A stretch of DNA of 64,000 nucleotides from the human T2T-CHM13v2.0 reference genome, Homo sapiens. Each line of letters opens with the position of its first letter. The first letter of the stretch is position 1. Both the position numbers and the translations under genes were made by a program. This document shows positions 23,410 through 35,179 of the stretch, piece after piece. Location of the stretch: assembly GCF_009914755.1 (NCBI RefSeq), contig NC_060944.1; one strand, written 5' to 3'. Below the pieces are notes generated by a model. It saw only the letters and a list, made by a program, of their open reading frames with translations, was not told the DNA's origin and did not search any database.

Positions 23410-24080
23410 CTTACTTTTAAAATTTAATATATATTGAAATACATGCCGTGTCGGAACAAAGAGTTTTACCTCGTTTAAAAAAAATCCCCGATTAAAATTT
23501 ATTTAGTCATTTTTGGTGACGTTCGTTTGTTGCCAGCATTGTCCCTCATGAGAGCCAGTGTTTTTCCACAATGCAGTGAGCACGTCTGAAAATGTGGCAA
23601 ACGTCTTTACATTGCTTTAGAAAGGACTGCACTGGCCCCCGTGCCTGCCAGCGGGGTGTGAGCCGCCTGTGGGGCAGCCTCTCCGGTGCGCGGGACGTCC
23701 AGCCCTTTTCGTTTCTGACCTGGTGGAAAGAAAACAAAGCTTTGTATTTTGTTTTGATTTCTATCGCCTGGTTCTGCTGGGGTAGGCCGTTTCGTGTTTG
23801 AGCCTGTTTGTATATTTCTCCTTGGATGGAGATGTTCTCTAGGGGGCCTGGCTGTTTCTTGTTGGTTTGCAGGCGTTGTTTTCCTAGCCTGCCATTCACT
23901 CCCCCCGGTCACCTGCACTGCATTTTCTTCCTGGCCGTCTGCCGCTTGCTGGTTTTCTGCTCTTCGGAGTTCTTCATCCGGCAGTGCAGCCAGGAGCCCA
24001 TCACCCCGTGCACCTGTGAGACGCTGCGGACAAGGAGTGTGTCAATGTCCCATCCTTGCGGCGCACAGGAGGTTCCAGGA
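23410..24080 (-). mobile_element. Highly diverged, GC-shifted L1M ORF2 relic
   Basis: ATTGCTTTAGAAAGGACTGCAC, TTGTTTTGATTTCTAT, AGCCTGTTTGTATATTTCTC, TTTTCCTAGCCTG follow antisense L1M order. Confidence 0.55.
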
Positions 24081-24754
24081 CCCAGGAAGCCTCAACATTC
24101 TCTCTGCCTGTGTGGCATGCCGGACCAAGGGGCCCCTGGGGCTGAGCTCAGGCTCTGGGGACCCCACGGGCCCCATCTCCTCCCCTCCCCTCTCTTAGCT
24201 CCGCAGGTTTCTGACCCGCCACAGGGGCTCTCGCCTGCCCGACTCTGTCCTGCTTCTTCTGCTCCAGCCACAGGCTTCGCTTCTGGTGTTGGCTCTGCTG
24301 TGTCTCAGGTTTCCACCTGTGGAAAGCATATACATGATGAATGTGCTACTTCCTCCCCTGGAGGCAAAGCTTAGTTGGTGGGAGGGGTCTCAAGGTTGTG
24401 AATGGGGATCTGGGGGTGCAGAGGTGCCAGGGTCTGGAACCATGGGGCAGCCGCGTGTCCCTGAAGCAGCCTGTATCTGGACTAATATTTCCTCTTCCAT
24501 TAAAATTAATTTAGCAATCTCCAGCGATGTGCCAAGCCTTCGCGCATTGCATAATGCCTGCGACTTTGGCCTGTAAATTTATTTCACCACCGTTATCTAA
24601 CTCTTTACCTTGTAAGCTGCCTTAATACACTGAGCCTTGCAGAATATAATCTTCACAGAAAACCGAATATATTCCACAGCACTGAGAGTGGACATCTCTC
24701 AGACTGGTCACTTCTTGTGCATCCTGGCTTTCAATTCAGGTTAATTCCACTGCC

Positions 24755-25497
24755 TTCCTCCCCCTCCTCCCCATCTTTCTCCCCTTCCCCCTCCCCCCTC
24801 CTCTGTCTTCCCCCTACTCCTCCCCTTCTCCCTCCCCCTTCTCCCCCTCTTCCTCCCCTTCCCCCCTCCTCTTCCCCCCTCCTCCTCCTCCCCTTCCCCC
24901 TCCCATTACCCCTTCTCCTCCTCCTCTTCCTCCCCCTCCTCCTCTTCTTCCTCCTCTTCCCTCTCCTCCTCCTCCCCCTCCTCCCCCTCCCCCTGTTCCC
25001 CTTTTCCTCTGGAAGGCGATGAGAATACAGTATGATGATTCACCCTTCCCCTCCCCCTCCCCCTCCCTCCTCCTCCCCCTACTCTTCCTCCCCCTCCTCC
25101 TCCCTCTCCCCTCCCTCTCCTTCCCCTCCCTCCTCCTCCTCCCCCTCCCCTCCTCCTCCTCTTCCCCCTCCTCCTCTTCTTCCTCCCTTCCCCCTCCTCC
25201 TCCTCCCTCTCCTCCTCCTCCCCCTGTTCCCCTTTTCCTCTGGAAGGTGATGAGGGTACAGTATGATGATTCACCCTCCCCCTCCCCCTCCTCCCTCCCC
25301 CTCCCCTCCTCCTCCTCTTCCCCCTCCACCTCTTCTTCCTCCTCTTCCTCCTCCTCCTCATCCTCCTCCTCTTCCCCCTCCTCCTCTTCTTCCTCCTCTT
25401 CCCCCTCCTCCTCCCCCTCCTCCTCCCCTCCTCCTCCTCCCCTGCTTCCCCTTTTCCTCTGGAAGGTGATGTGAGTGCAGTACGATGATTCACCCCA
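24755..25497. repeat. Composite polypyrimidine repeat: (CCT/CCCCT)n tracts with three copies of a ~54-bp unique anchor
   Basis: Anchor CCTG(T)TCCCCTTTTCCTCTGGAAGGYGATG...CAGTAYGATGATTCACCC at 24992, 25223, 25441. Confidence 0.93.
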
Positions 25498-25774
25498 GTT
25501 CACCTTCCACTGGGTGGGAACAGCGCTTCATGCCAGAGCCTGGAATGTGCCCCGTTAGAAACATCCGCAAATGAAAATTGCTTTTTAGCTTGGTTGGTTT
25601 AATGAAATTTATCTTTGAGCATAATGGAGAATGATGATTTTTCACCCCAGCAGCCCTGCTTTGTGCTGAAAGGACTTATCTTCTGTGTCAGTGTTGCAGG
25701 ACTCTGTTTTCCTGCTTGTAGGTGTGAGGAATCGATAATTTACAGGGATGGGGATTATTCTGAAGATTCTATGG

Positions 25775-25958
25775 CAGTGGTTTTCAACGAGGGGTGATTT
25801 TGCCCTCAAGGGACATTCGAGAACGTCTAGGGATGTTGGGTGGTGCTGGCATCGTGTAGGTGGAGGCCAGGGTGCCGCCGACCGTCCTACAGTGCTTAGG
25901 ACGCCCCCCACCCCCCAGAGGCCCAAATGTCCCAGCGCCGAGGTCGGGCCTGGCTGCT
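25775..25958 (+). mobile_element. MER20 (hAT-Charlie MITE)
   Basis: CAGTGGTTTTCAACGAGGGGTGATTTTGCCCTCAAGGGACATT...GAGGCCAGGG...CCCAAATGTCCCAGCGCCGAGGT. Confidence 0.85.
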
Positions 25959-26039
25959 CTAAGGAGCGGAAATGTCTCCCGGCAGCACGTGAGTGGGAGA
26001 GGGCGGTTTTCCAGACAGTCCTCCTGGATCCCCCAAGAC

Positions 26040-26250
26040 CCTGGAGTCAAATCATTCTCCTTTGAATTCCAAGACTTACCTCTTCCTGGCAACGTGACCT
26101 CTCTGAACCACGGTTTCCTGACAAGGGCTCTCGAGATGGCCATCCCCACTTTGCTGGGTCCTTATGAAAATGGATCCACTGATGCACATTGACAGCTTAG
26201 CACAATCCAGGTGGTGGCTGTTGCTGCTGCTGTTGCCGTTGCTGTTGAAA
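26040..26250 (+). mobile_element. MIR with (TGC/TGT)n tail
   Basis: CTGGAGTCAAA...TTTGAATTCC...CCTCTCTGAACCACGGTTTCCT...GCTTAGCACA. Confidence 0.6.
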
Positions 26251-29078
26251 TAAATCAAAGATGATAATTGAGGGGAGAGAGAAGAGACTTCCAGGCTTTC
26301 CCTTGCCCCACATCTGAGGGGCTGTCCTGACCCCTCCCTGTGGCTCAGCCCCGCTGCACCTGCTGGGTTCCCTGTATGGCCTGGCAGTGTGGAGCCCACA
26401 TTGCTTGCCGTGGCTGACCGGGGCCTGCCCACCACATTGCTCGGCCAAGGTTTAGCCCTGGCCTTCACAGGACCTCGTTGGCTTATCGTCCCGGGGATGA
26501 CCAGCCCAGTTTTGATCCTACACTCCTAGTCACACTGTCATGTTGCTGGAACCTGCCAGGGGTGCAGGAGCGGCTGGAGAGCATCTGTGAGGGGAGAGCA
26601 GGGCACAGGGAGCCTCTCTCTGGCTGCCGACGCAGCTTACTCCGCACCTAAGAGCATCCTCTTAATTAGGCATCACCGGCCACATTTGGAATGGCGCATT
26701 AACATTTTATGGGCCATTTTCCCATAAAGAAAAGCAAAGCCGATGTAATTCTTGCTGGCTTTGGGGTTTTGGCTTCACACTCAGCACATCAGACAAAACC
26801 ACTGTGGGAATAAAATTCCTCAAATGTGGCTGCAGTCATTGAGTAGGGAGAAAAACGCACCGTTAAGTCCTTTAGCAAAGACCCCTAAATCCTTTCATTT
26901 CCAGGCAATAAACACTGAACAAACCTGCCCTGGAGAATTGAAGTCCTTGAAAAAAGCTCTGAGTCAAGGGGGTGACCAAGAAAGCAAAACATTCAGAAAG
27001 GCTGGAGCAGGAACCGGACTCTCATTCCGCCTCTGCTGGCACAAAACTGTGGACTTAGAGGAAAATGAGCACGTGGCCAGTCATCCATGGGGATTTAAAT
27101 GTCCTTGGTTCTTAGCAGTGACCTCGGCAGGACTGAAGGGGAAGGTGATTGGGGGTGAAGGTACAGGTCTTCCTCTCGTGGAAATTTCTGGATCCAAGAC
27201 AAACGTGAAAGATGAAGCAAAAGACCACGTGCCTCATAAATGAAAACCAAAGTCCATCCCAAGCTCCCGCACAGTCCTTGCCAAGGGACGGTTATCTCAT
27301 TGAACACAAGCTCAGCCTGGTTTTCTGGTCTGAGAGAAAAAAACAGAGGCAGCTTAAGACATACTCTCTGAGAACACTGAGGAGCAGTAGCTGGTAGTTA
27401 AGACAAAGGGAGAAACCATGTAGACATGCACACCTGTGTGTGTGTGTGCACTGTGCACCTGTCTGCCGCCTGTCTGTGCGTGGATCTCTGTCTCTGCTCA
27501 TACATGCACCTGCACACACATGCGTACCACACATGCGCACTACAGTCAGAAGGCCTGAGAAGCCTTTCAGGCCACCAGGCTATGCTCTATGCTTGAAAAA
27601 TTTCCTGCCTTCTCCACAGCCTGTTAGGGCATGAGTGTTTATGGAATAGGAAGGTGGTGGATTGTTCTGGAAATGATCAAGTTGTCAAGAGAGCATGTTA
27701 TGGGGTTTCGGATGCATAAAGTTTATCATGCACTTGGTTAAAGTTTCTTTCCAGAAGTCAAATTTTCTTTTTAGTATTTTCAGCAAATTGTCTTTCTTCA
27801 TCTGGGCATCCCGTGGAGGTAGGATGATGAGGCAGAGCAGCAGCGTTTCTGGAGCATTCACTGGGCATCAGGCAATGTGCCAGTGCTTTTCTATGAAGTG
27901 CCTCATCTGGAATGACCACTGTTCCTATTGAATGGACGAGGGATTATCTTGGAAGAGGGTTGAGTCCCTTGCCCAAGAAACTGCATCTGGAAGGCACCGC
28001 AGCTGGACTGTAACCTGCTCTGTGTCATCGCAGCACCACATCCTCCTGCCAAGCAGCAGGCCATTCCCCGGCGGAGAACTGCTGTTTCCCAGAGTGTCCA
28101 GGTAAACAAGGGTTTAGGCATTACCCAGCCCAGCTCAGCCAGCAGCCCTGAGAGTCTTTACACCCAGTTGTTGATGAGTGAAGCCAAGCGGAGAAACACC
28201 ATGCCTCTTGCTTGCTTTTATCTCCTCACCATTAATTGTCTGACTACATTTTCTTCAAGAGGCAACAAAGAGTAAAAGCCGTGCAGTTGCTTTTCTGTTT
28301 AGCTGGTTGTAAATATTCAGCCAGAATTTGACTGACAGTGCAATATTATGCTCCCCAAAGCTTGCACCGTATGTGAATATTTTAATTAGGATTGTAACAA
28401 GCTATTGAGAAAGTTTGAGCTAAATTGGTTCAGCTGTTTTTGCATTAGTGAAGCATGAAAAGAAATTTTTTTCATCTATTAGAAAATATTCTGTTTTTAA
28501 AAAATTAAGCCAAAGCAATGGAACATCAGCCAGTTTTGGATACTTAGTTAAAAAGTCAGCAGATTGGATCTAGGTGGGGATTATCTGGACAGATTTGAAA
28601 GATGTGAAATAAAGTTCAAAGATGTTATTCACGTTTAGCCTCTTTCTCTCGGCAGCTGTTTGGAAGGAAGAGATGGATCTCAAAGGCAGCCCATGTGCTA
28701 AGAGACGAGGGAATCTGTAGTGGGCCTGAACTCCGTGGGGTGTTCCAGGGTTAGGGTCAACCATGCTGGTGACCTTCTCCCCCTCACTGAGATGCGGGGT
28801 GCCAGGTTAACATGTGCCCCCAACCTCCGCCCAGGCTAGAAGCATGGCCATGCCGCCATCTTGGGAATACACTGCTAGGAAGTTCCTTCCTGTGTTGAGC
28901 TGAAACCTGCCTCCTGATTTCGTCCTCCCACACCTTGGCCCTCGCTTCTTCTCTATAATTTGTTAGTTATCCAGTTTTGCTTTGTTTCAGCCTCGCCTTG
29001 GACATCGTGTGCCCCTCCCAGCATTGTCTGAGACATCCGGTAGGCAGGGCAGAGGAGGACCGGCTGGTCCACACCCAC

Positions 29079-29162
29079 TGCTCACCCTGCCGTGTTGCAG
29101 CCACACACACTGTTGGGAAATGCTCACCCTGCCATGTTGCCGCCACACACACTGTTGGGAAA
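29079..29162. repeat. 42-bp tandem duplication (2 copies)
   Basis: TGCTCACCCTGCCRTGTTGCMGCCACACACACTGTTGGGAAA twice. Confidence 0.95.
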
Positions 29163-29389
29163 CCTCTGGGTTTCCCCGATTCCTGGAACCTGCCCTTCAT
29201 CTCTGTGAGGTCTCACGTGAGCTCTTCACTCTGATGGTGATGAACTCTTTATGTTTCTCTTCTTACCAATTCTTCCTGGTTCCATATCCCCATTCCTACA
29301 GGGACCAGACAGCCCCCAGGGGGAACCTGGCCACCAGGCAGCCCATGACCTGCTGTCAGGGATGGACAAGTGGTCATTGCATCTCAGTG

Positions 29390-29570
29390 TAGGTCCAGTG
29401 TTGCTAGAGCTTCACCTCTTCCACAAGAAACCAGAAATCTGGAATTAAATGCAAAATCCCCTATTTTCAAATAGTGGCAGCTAATCCAAGGGTTGTAAAA
29501 ACACAGTGCCGGCCTCACAAAGCAGACCCGTGTGCCAGCCAGGACCACATGCCTGCAAGTGATCTCTGGC
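29390..29570. mobile_element. Old hAT-Charlie MITE fragment (MER103-like)
   Basis: CAAGAAACCAGAAATCTGGAATTAAATGCAAAATCCCCTATTTTCAAA...AAACACAGTGCCGGCC resembles recalled consensus. Confidence 0.45.
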
Positions 29571-30099
29571 CTTGACTCTATGATCCCCAAGGGCAGGAAC
29601 AACGATTCTTTGCTTTTTATTTTTTTTCCCCAGTCACCCCTACAACACCGACATAATTATCTCTTGGTAGTTGTTCCTAAGTGTATTTGGCAGGGCGTGG
29701 CGGGGAGAACGATGGCGTTTTTGTGTGTCATGTTCAAGATTTATGACAATTGCACTTGGTCTTTGGATGTGCAGTAGTGCGCTCCTTCCCTGTCGCTCTG
29801 GGAAGACATGTTAGGACTCATAACTGTGGGTTGTGCTCATTTTCTTCTGCCTGGATATGGGTACTTTGAGAGATTCCTGTGAGCAAACCCCCGGGACGTG
29901 CTTCCTGCACAGAAACCTCGAAACCCCTCCTTTGAGCTGTTGGTTTAGGATGAGGAGTGTGCTGTCTGCCTTCCTCTCCCTCAGCCGACCCACTGTGTGC
30001 TGAGTGGGGTCATGGTCCTGCCTCCTTATTTCCCGAGGCACCAAGCCTTGTGCCCTGCACACAGCACCCACATCAGTCAGGCTATGCCCGCAGGCCTGA

Positions 30100-30222
30100 C
30101 ACTGACCTCCACGAGGGGCTCAGGGTCCGGCATGGCCATTTCTTTGCCATATCCCCAATGCCTAGTAGAGGGCCTGGGGCAGAGCGAACATTTCATAAAT
30201 ATTGGTTGAATGAAAGCTGAAT
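30100..30222 (+). mobile_element. L2 3' terminus
   Basis: ATATCCCCAATGCCTAGTAGAGGGCCTGG...ATAAATATTGGTTGAATGAA. Confidence 0.7.
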
Positions 30223-33200
30223 AAACTATAAGCTTCCCATCACCTCCCTCCTAATTATTTTTGATGTCTAAATGAGGACAATTTAAATATCAGCATTATT
30301 CTGCTAATTAGTAAAACCTAAAATCCAGTCCCTTGTAAAGAGATATCCCCGTATTTTACACAGAGAGGGTCAAATGCACGGCCCTTCCCTGGTTTTCTAT
30401 TGCAAACCTCACATTTGTCTTGCGAACACATTTGCCTGTTTTTGAAGGCTGGGTGCTGGAAGCTTCAGGCAACAGTGATCCCGGCCAGGGTCTCAGACAG
30501 TAATTCCCACCCAGGGAACAGTCGCTTTAATGCGGGGGGGAAGGAGAGGAGACCTGCATGAGCCACGGAAACCGTTCCCTCTACAGGGAGCCGTCATGCG
30601 GCATGCTCACCGTCAGTTTCAGCCCAGGGTGACGGGGGGGTTTACTCCGTGATTCACCGGCTTTTGGGTTCCAGAGCACCTCAGATAGAACAGGGGTCTC
30701 TAATCACAGTGTGCCACAGCATTCACGTCCTTATGCTTGTCAGAGGGTCAGGTTGGGAAGCCGGAATGTGGAGAGAGCCAGGCAGAGTTTCCCAGAATCA
30801 GCCAGCAAAGACACATGCCCGCATTTCACTCCCTGGCAGCCTGAGTTCGTTAACTCATGGGAAGTTTCGGTGTCAGTGACTTCTCATCTTGGCTTTCTTT
30901 TAATAAATAAACAATGAACTCACACATCACCACAGAAAGCCCCTCTTAAACCTGGCGAGGTATTTATTCTGTGTCGTTGGCTCACTTCCCTAGGAGTTTG
31001 GGGGTGGGGGGTGGACTACGAGGTCACTCATTTGTCAGCTACGCCGACCCCGAATTCTGTGGCCATGCGCCTGTGTGCGTGCTCTCCACCTTCCCTGTCC
31101 CGGGAGAACCTATGGTGAGAGGCCACAGAGGACTGGGCACCAGGCTCCCCTGGGAGCACCGCTGTGAAGCTCCCGACTTCCCCAGCACGCAGGCCGCCTG
31201 GACAGGAGGAGGTTCCTTCCCACCACCTCCACGCGGCAGGTTTGAAGGGCGTAGGAGTCTGGGCTGAGTCTTTGCTGTGTCCCACAAAGTGATACATGAA
31301 GCAGGTGCTCCGTGTCCCGGCCTGGCAACCCCTCGGTGCTTGTCTTTGGGGACAAGGACTTAGCATCACTCTCTTCTCTCCCACATCCTCCCTTTTTCAG
31401 CTTTAGCAAGAAAGGCAGAGAGGAAGGGAGAAAACCTAAAGGCTGCATTCTGCACAAACTGCTCCCATCCAAGTCTACAGTGTGCCCTGATGAAAGCCAG
31501 GCTGTGGGGGAGAGAAAAGAGAGAGACAGAGGCTTCACCCCAGCGAGATGGCAGTTTAAAGAGAGAGGCCTCAGAAAGAAAGTGTTTATTGAGTGATCAG
31601 CCATAATAAACTCAGATAAGGCAACAGATGAAACAAATCTTCCTGGAAGGAAAGTGATCAGAGAACAGGACTTTCTGGAAGGAATAGCAGATCATAACCA
31701 GAAGCTGAAATCTGGAGCTCTTGGTGAGATCCTGGTTCCAAAAAGAAGCAAACTGCCACACCCAGTTTTCACTTCTCATTGAACCAGAATTTAACCAGAA
31801 TCACTAAAATCCAGGGGAGGCTGCCTGTGAGACAGAGTCTGCATGTTCTCGGCATCTTGGGGAAGGGAGATTTGCCACATCAGCTCGCAGGTTTGTCGGG
31901 CAGAGCCAGAGAAACTGAACTATGTCCTGGGTGTGCAGATCTGTGCTGGGCACAGCCAGAAGCTGTCAGACAATGAAAAAGTGTGTTCCTTACCCTTGAG
32001 GATCTTTCCAGGGTATGAAGGATACCAGGTGAGACGTGGGAGAGACCCAAGAAGTAGAAGAGGTGCCTATTGGGGCTGGTGTGTGCCCTCGGAGCAGGGC
32101 AGAAGAACATTGGAGAGAGCCGCGGTCAGGATCCCGGGTTTGTGTCTCAGGTATGAGCCTCTGCTTCCATCAGCCATGCATTCCTGGACAGTTGGCATCT
32201 GCTGGTAGTAGCTGTGAGCCAGATGGAGGACGCTGTCCAGTGCTGCAGAGATGAGACCCTCCCGCCTAGGAGCAGGGGGCCATGGGAGTCCTGCTCTCAG
32301 TACACTGTGAAGAGCAAAGTAACGGAGACACACTCAGAATGTCACCACCCAGTCCAGCCTGGGGACATGTGGCAATGGAGGGAAGTCAGAAGGGCCCCAG
32401 ATGTTCCTTACGGTTCCACTCTGAACCTGATATTGGAGGCCATGGGTCATGGGGGTTTCTGAACTTCACACAAAATGGAAAAGAAAACTGTAAAGAATCT
32501 GTCAAAAGCAGTCAGATGATCAGAGGCATACGAACTCAATTCTAGAAAGGAGGCTTTGGTAACTAAGGGCTGTATACTTGTGAACCGATAGTTTTAACCC
32601 CATCCATCAAACAAAAAGAAGACGGACTGGTTATTCCCATTTCCACGGAGAGGCAAACAAAAGGAACAGCATGAAAATGTAGCAGGAGGAGGGTGGGTGG
32701 GAGGCCTGAGAGAACGCAGAGAATCACAGTTTCCAAAAAGGGGATGCCCTTCAAGTTCTGTTATTAGGAGAGGAGACAGGAGACTCAGGGAAAAGCAGGC
32801 AAGAGACGAGGCTGGCGTCATAGAGTTGGGAAGGGAGCGACGTGGAGACGACTTGGCTGGGGAGCCTGGGGTGACTCTCAGGCTGAGACTGAGAGGGAAG
32901 GAGCCCTGAGGGTTGCCCTTTCTGGCAACATGGAGCTCAGGGCCCTCCCGTTGCTCTGGAGACCCTGCTAGGGTTTCTGGGATGGGCCCTCCTTTGCCAA
33001 GAGACTTGCACGCATGGATCTTATGTGGGTGGGAGTGGGGGAGGATGAGGAGGTATTATTTCTTAGCTTTCATGATCACATGTGTCAAAAAAGAGAAGGG
33101 AGAACTTGTAGAAATGGGCAGATGAGAGAAGCACTTGGCAAGTTGATGAGTATTTGTAAATCACTCCCAGGTGTGATTTTCCAGGGGATGGGGAGGGGGA

Positions 33201-33619
33201 TACAGCTGCAGTGATCAAAACAGACAACCAGACACTTTCCTTGGACCTCTTTCTTCTAATCTGCAGAGCATCTGTCTACTGGCTTTGGTTCCGAAAAGGA
33301 AGATGCTCCCATTTTAACTTTGGTTTCCGACAGTCGTGCGTGGAGGAGCCCGGCCTGACTCCTTCCTTGAACAGACATCCGCTGAGCAGCAGGTGACGGA
33401 CCCAACCCAAGCTCAGGGTCTAAGAAGGGAGAGCTGGAGCCCGAGTCAGGAAAGCGGTGCAGGCATGAAGCCAGGGCAATGAGGCTTTCATCAGTCTGTG
33501 CTCGGGCATAGGGAGGAGGTGCCGTGGTGCGGAACCCGGGGTGCCTGCCCGCAAGAAGAGGCCAGCCCAGCACATAGCTTTCTCTCATGCCCAAGTACTG
33601 TTCCAGACCCAGGGGATCA

Positions 33620-34620
33620 GCTTCCTCTCATGCCCCAGGTACTGTTCCAGGCCCAGGGGATCCTGTGCACAGCAAGTAAGCCAGGCATCTGCCATCCCGG
33701 AGCCCACACTCTCCGAGAGGGGACCAGCAAGTGTCTTGCCCAGTTGGAGCAGCTCGGAGAGCAGTGGGTGCTGGTGAAGAAGATGCAGAGGGCTGCGCGT
33801 CCCTTAGCCAGCATGGTCGGTGAAGACCTTTGTGAATAGGAGACATTTGGGCTGAGACCTGAGAAGCAAGAAAGAGCCAGGAAGGCAATGATGAGGAAGA
33901 AGAAAGGTCCAGGTGGGGGCACAGCAAGTGCAAAGCCTGGCAGGGGGGGATGTGCTTGCTGCATTTGGCTGTGTGGGCCTTGGGGAGGGGTTTGGGGTTT
34001 TGGGGTGATGGAAGCCACAGAGTATTCAGCAGGGAAGGGGAGAGCGGAGACGTGGCCTAGGACAGCGTAGTGGAGAGCGGAGACGTGGCCTAGGACAGCA
34101 TAGGGCAGGGCAGAGATGTGGCCTAGGACAGCGTAGGGGAGAGCAGAGACGTGGCCTAGGACAGTGTAGTGGAGAGTGGAGACGTGGCCTAGGACAGCGT
34201 AGGGGAGAGCAGAGACATGGCCTAGGACAGTGTAGTGGAGAGCGGAGACGTGGCCTAGGACAGCGTAGGGGAGAGCGGAGACATGGCCTAGGACAGCGTA
34301 GTGGAGAGCAGAGACGTGGCCTAGGACAGTGTAGTGGAAGTGAAGGGAAGTGGTGAGATTCAGCGGGTCAGGATGGGGGAGCAAAGGGGACTTGAGGTGA
34401 AGACACATCACAGTCCTGATGACCTCCGGGGCCATCAGTGCCCCTGGCTGGATGGGGTGGGGGGCACTCCCCGAGACAGGGGCACCTGAGACAGCATTAG
34501 GGAAGGAAGGAGGTGGCGAGAGGATCATGCGTTCTGTGTTGGGCCAGAGGAGATCAAATAACTGCCAAGTACAAGGGTCCAGCAACGTGCATCATTGGTC
34601 CAACTGGGTCTGAGTCCAAA
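33620..34620 (-). mobile_element. L2 relic hosting the 33-bp VNTR
   Basis: GAGACATTTGGGCTGAGACCTGA, CCAGGTGGGGGCACAGCAAGTGCAAAGCC, GGAAGTGGTGAGATTCAG are antisense L2-like. Confidence 0.55.
34039..34337. repeat. Minisatellite, 33-bp unit GGAGAGCGGAGACGTGGCCTAGGACAGCGTAGT, ~9 copies
   Basis: Direct reading; 11-aa periodicity in the minus-strand ORF. Confidence 0.95.
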
Positions 34621-34967
34621 GATGCCATTCCTAACTTTTCAAGAATGTGAACAGGTGGCTTTTTACAAAGCTCCGTGCCACCTGTGTCCTGTGCCCTTGT
34701 GCCGTGTCACATGTGAACTGTGTGTCCTGGAGAGTTGAAAAGTGGCTCTGGACTCTGGGGTTCCCATTTGTGAGGACAGTGAGTTTCTTCCAGCTCTGAC
34801 ATCTCCTCATTCTGGTGAGCTGAACCTGCTGCATCCGTGCCTTAGAATTGTGTCTGGGTTCCAGGACAGCTGCCGGCAGGTTTGGAGGCTGAGCACTGGA
34901 CCGAGGACCTGATGCACATGTGTGAGCTGGCCATTTTCTCATCCTCCCATCCGTTTGTTCTTTAACT

Positions 34968-35120
34968 TATTCATTCATTTATCCATTTGCTCAACAAATA
35001 TTTGCTCAACAAATATTGTTGAGCATCTATTATCTGCCAAGTACTGTGCAGGGTTTGGGGGATATAACGGCCAGGAAAACAGATAGATTCCTTGTCCTTA
35101 TGGAGCGCCAGTCTTTTGAG
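34968..35120 (-). mobile_element. L2 3' terminus
   Basis: ATTCATTCATT...CAACAAATATT...GAGCATCTATTATCTGCCAAGTACTGTGC. Confidence 0.75.
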
Positions 35121-35179
35121 AGGCATAAAAGAATCTAAATATCTCTCTCTCTCTCTCTCACATACACACACACACAAAC

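Noticed and set aside
24814-25503. Glu-rich/Pro-rich ORFs; CRISPR-like repeat-spacer look; RTGATGA box-C-like motifs in the anchors
   Set aside because: Spacers are simple C/T tracts in a eukaryotic context with no cas genes; no box D (CTGA) partner in the anchor; ORFs are compositional
33617-34585. 322-aa ORF with ankyrin-looking SALHYAVLGHV repeats
   Set aside because: The 11-aa period comes from the 33-bp VNTR; ankyrin repeats are 33 aa; flanks are L2-like and the start is not a true ATG
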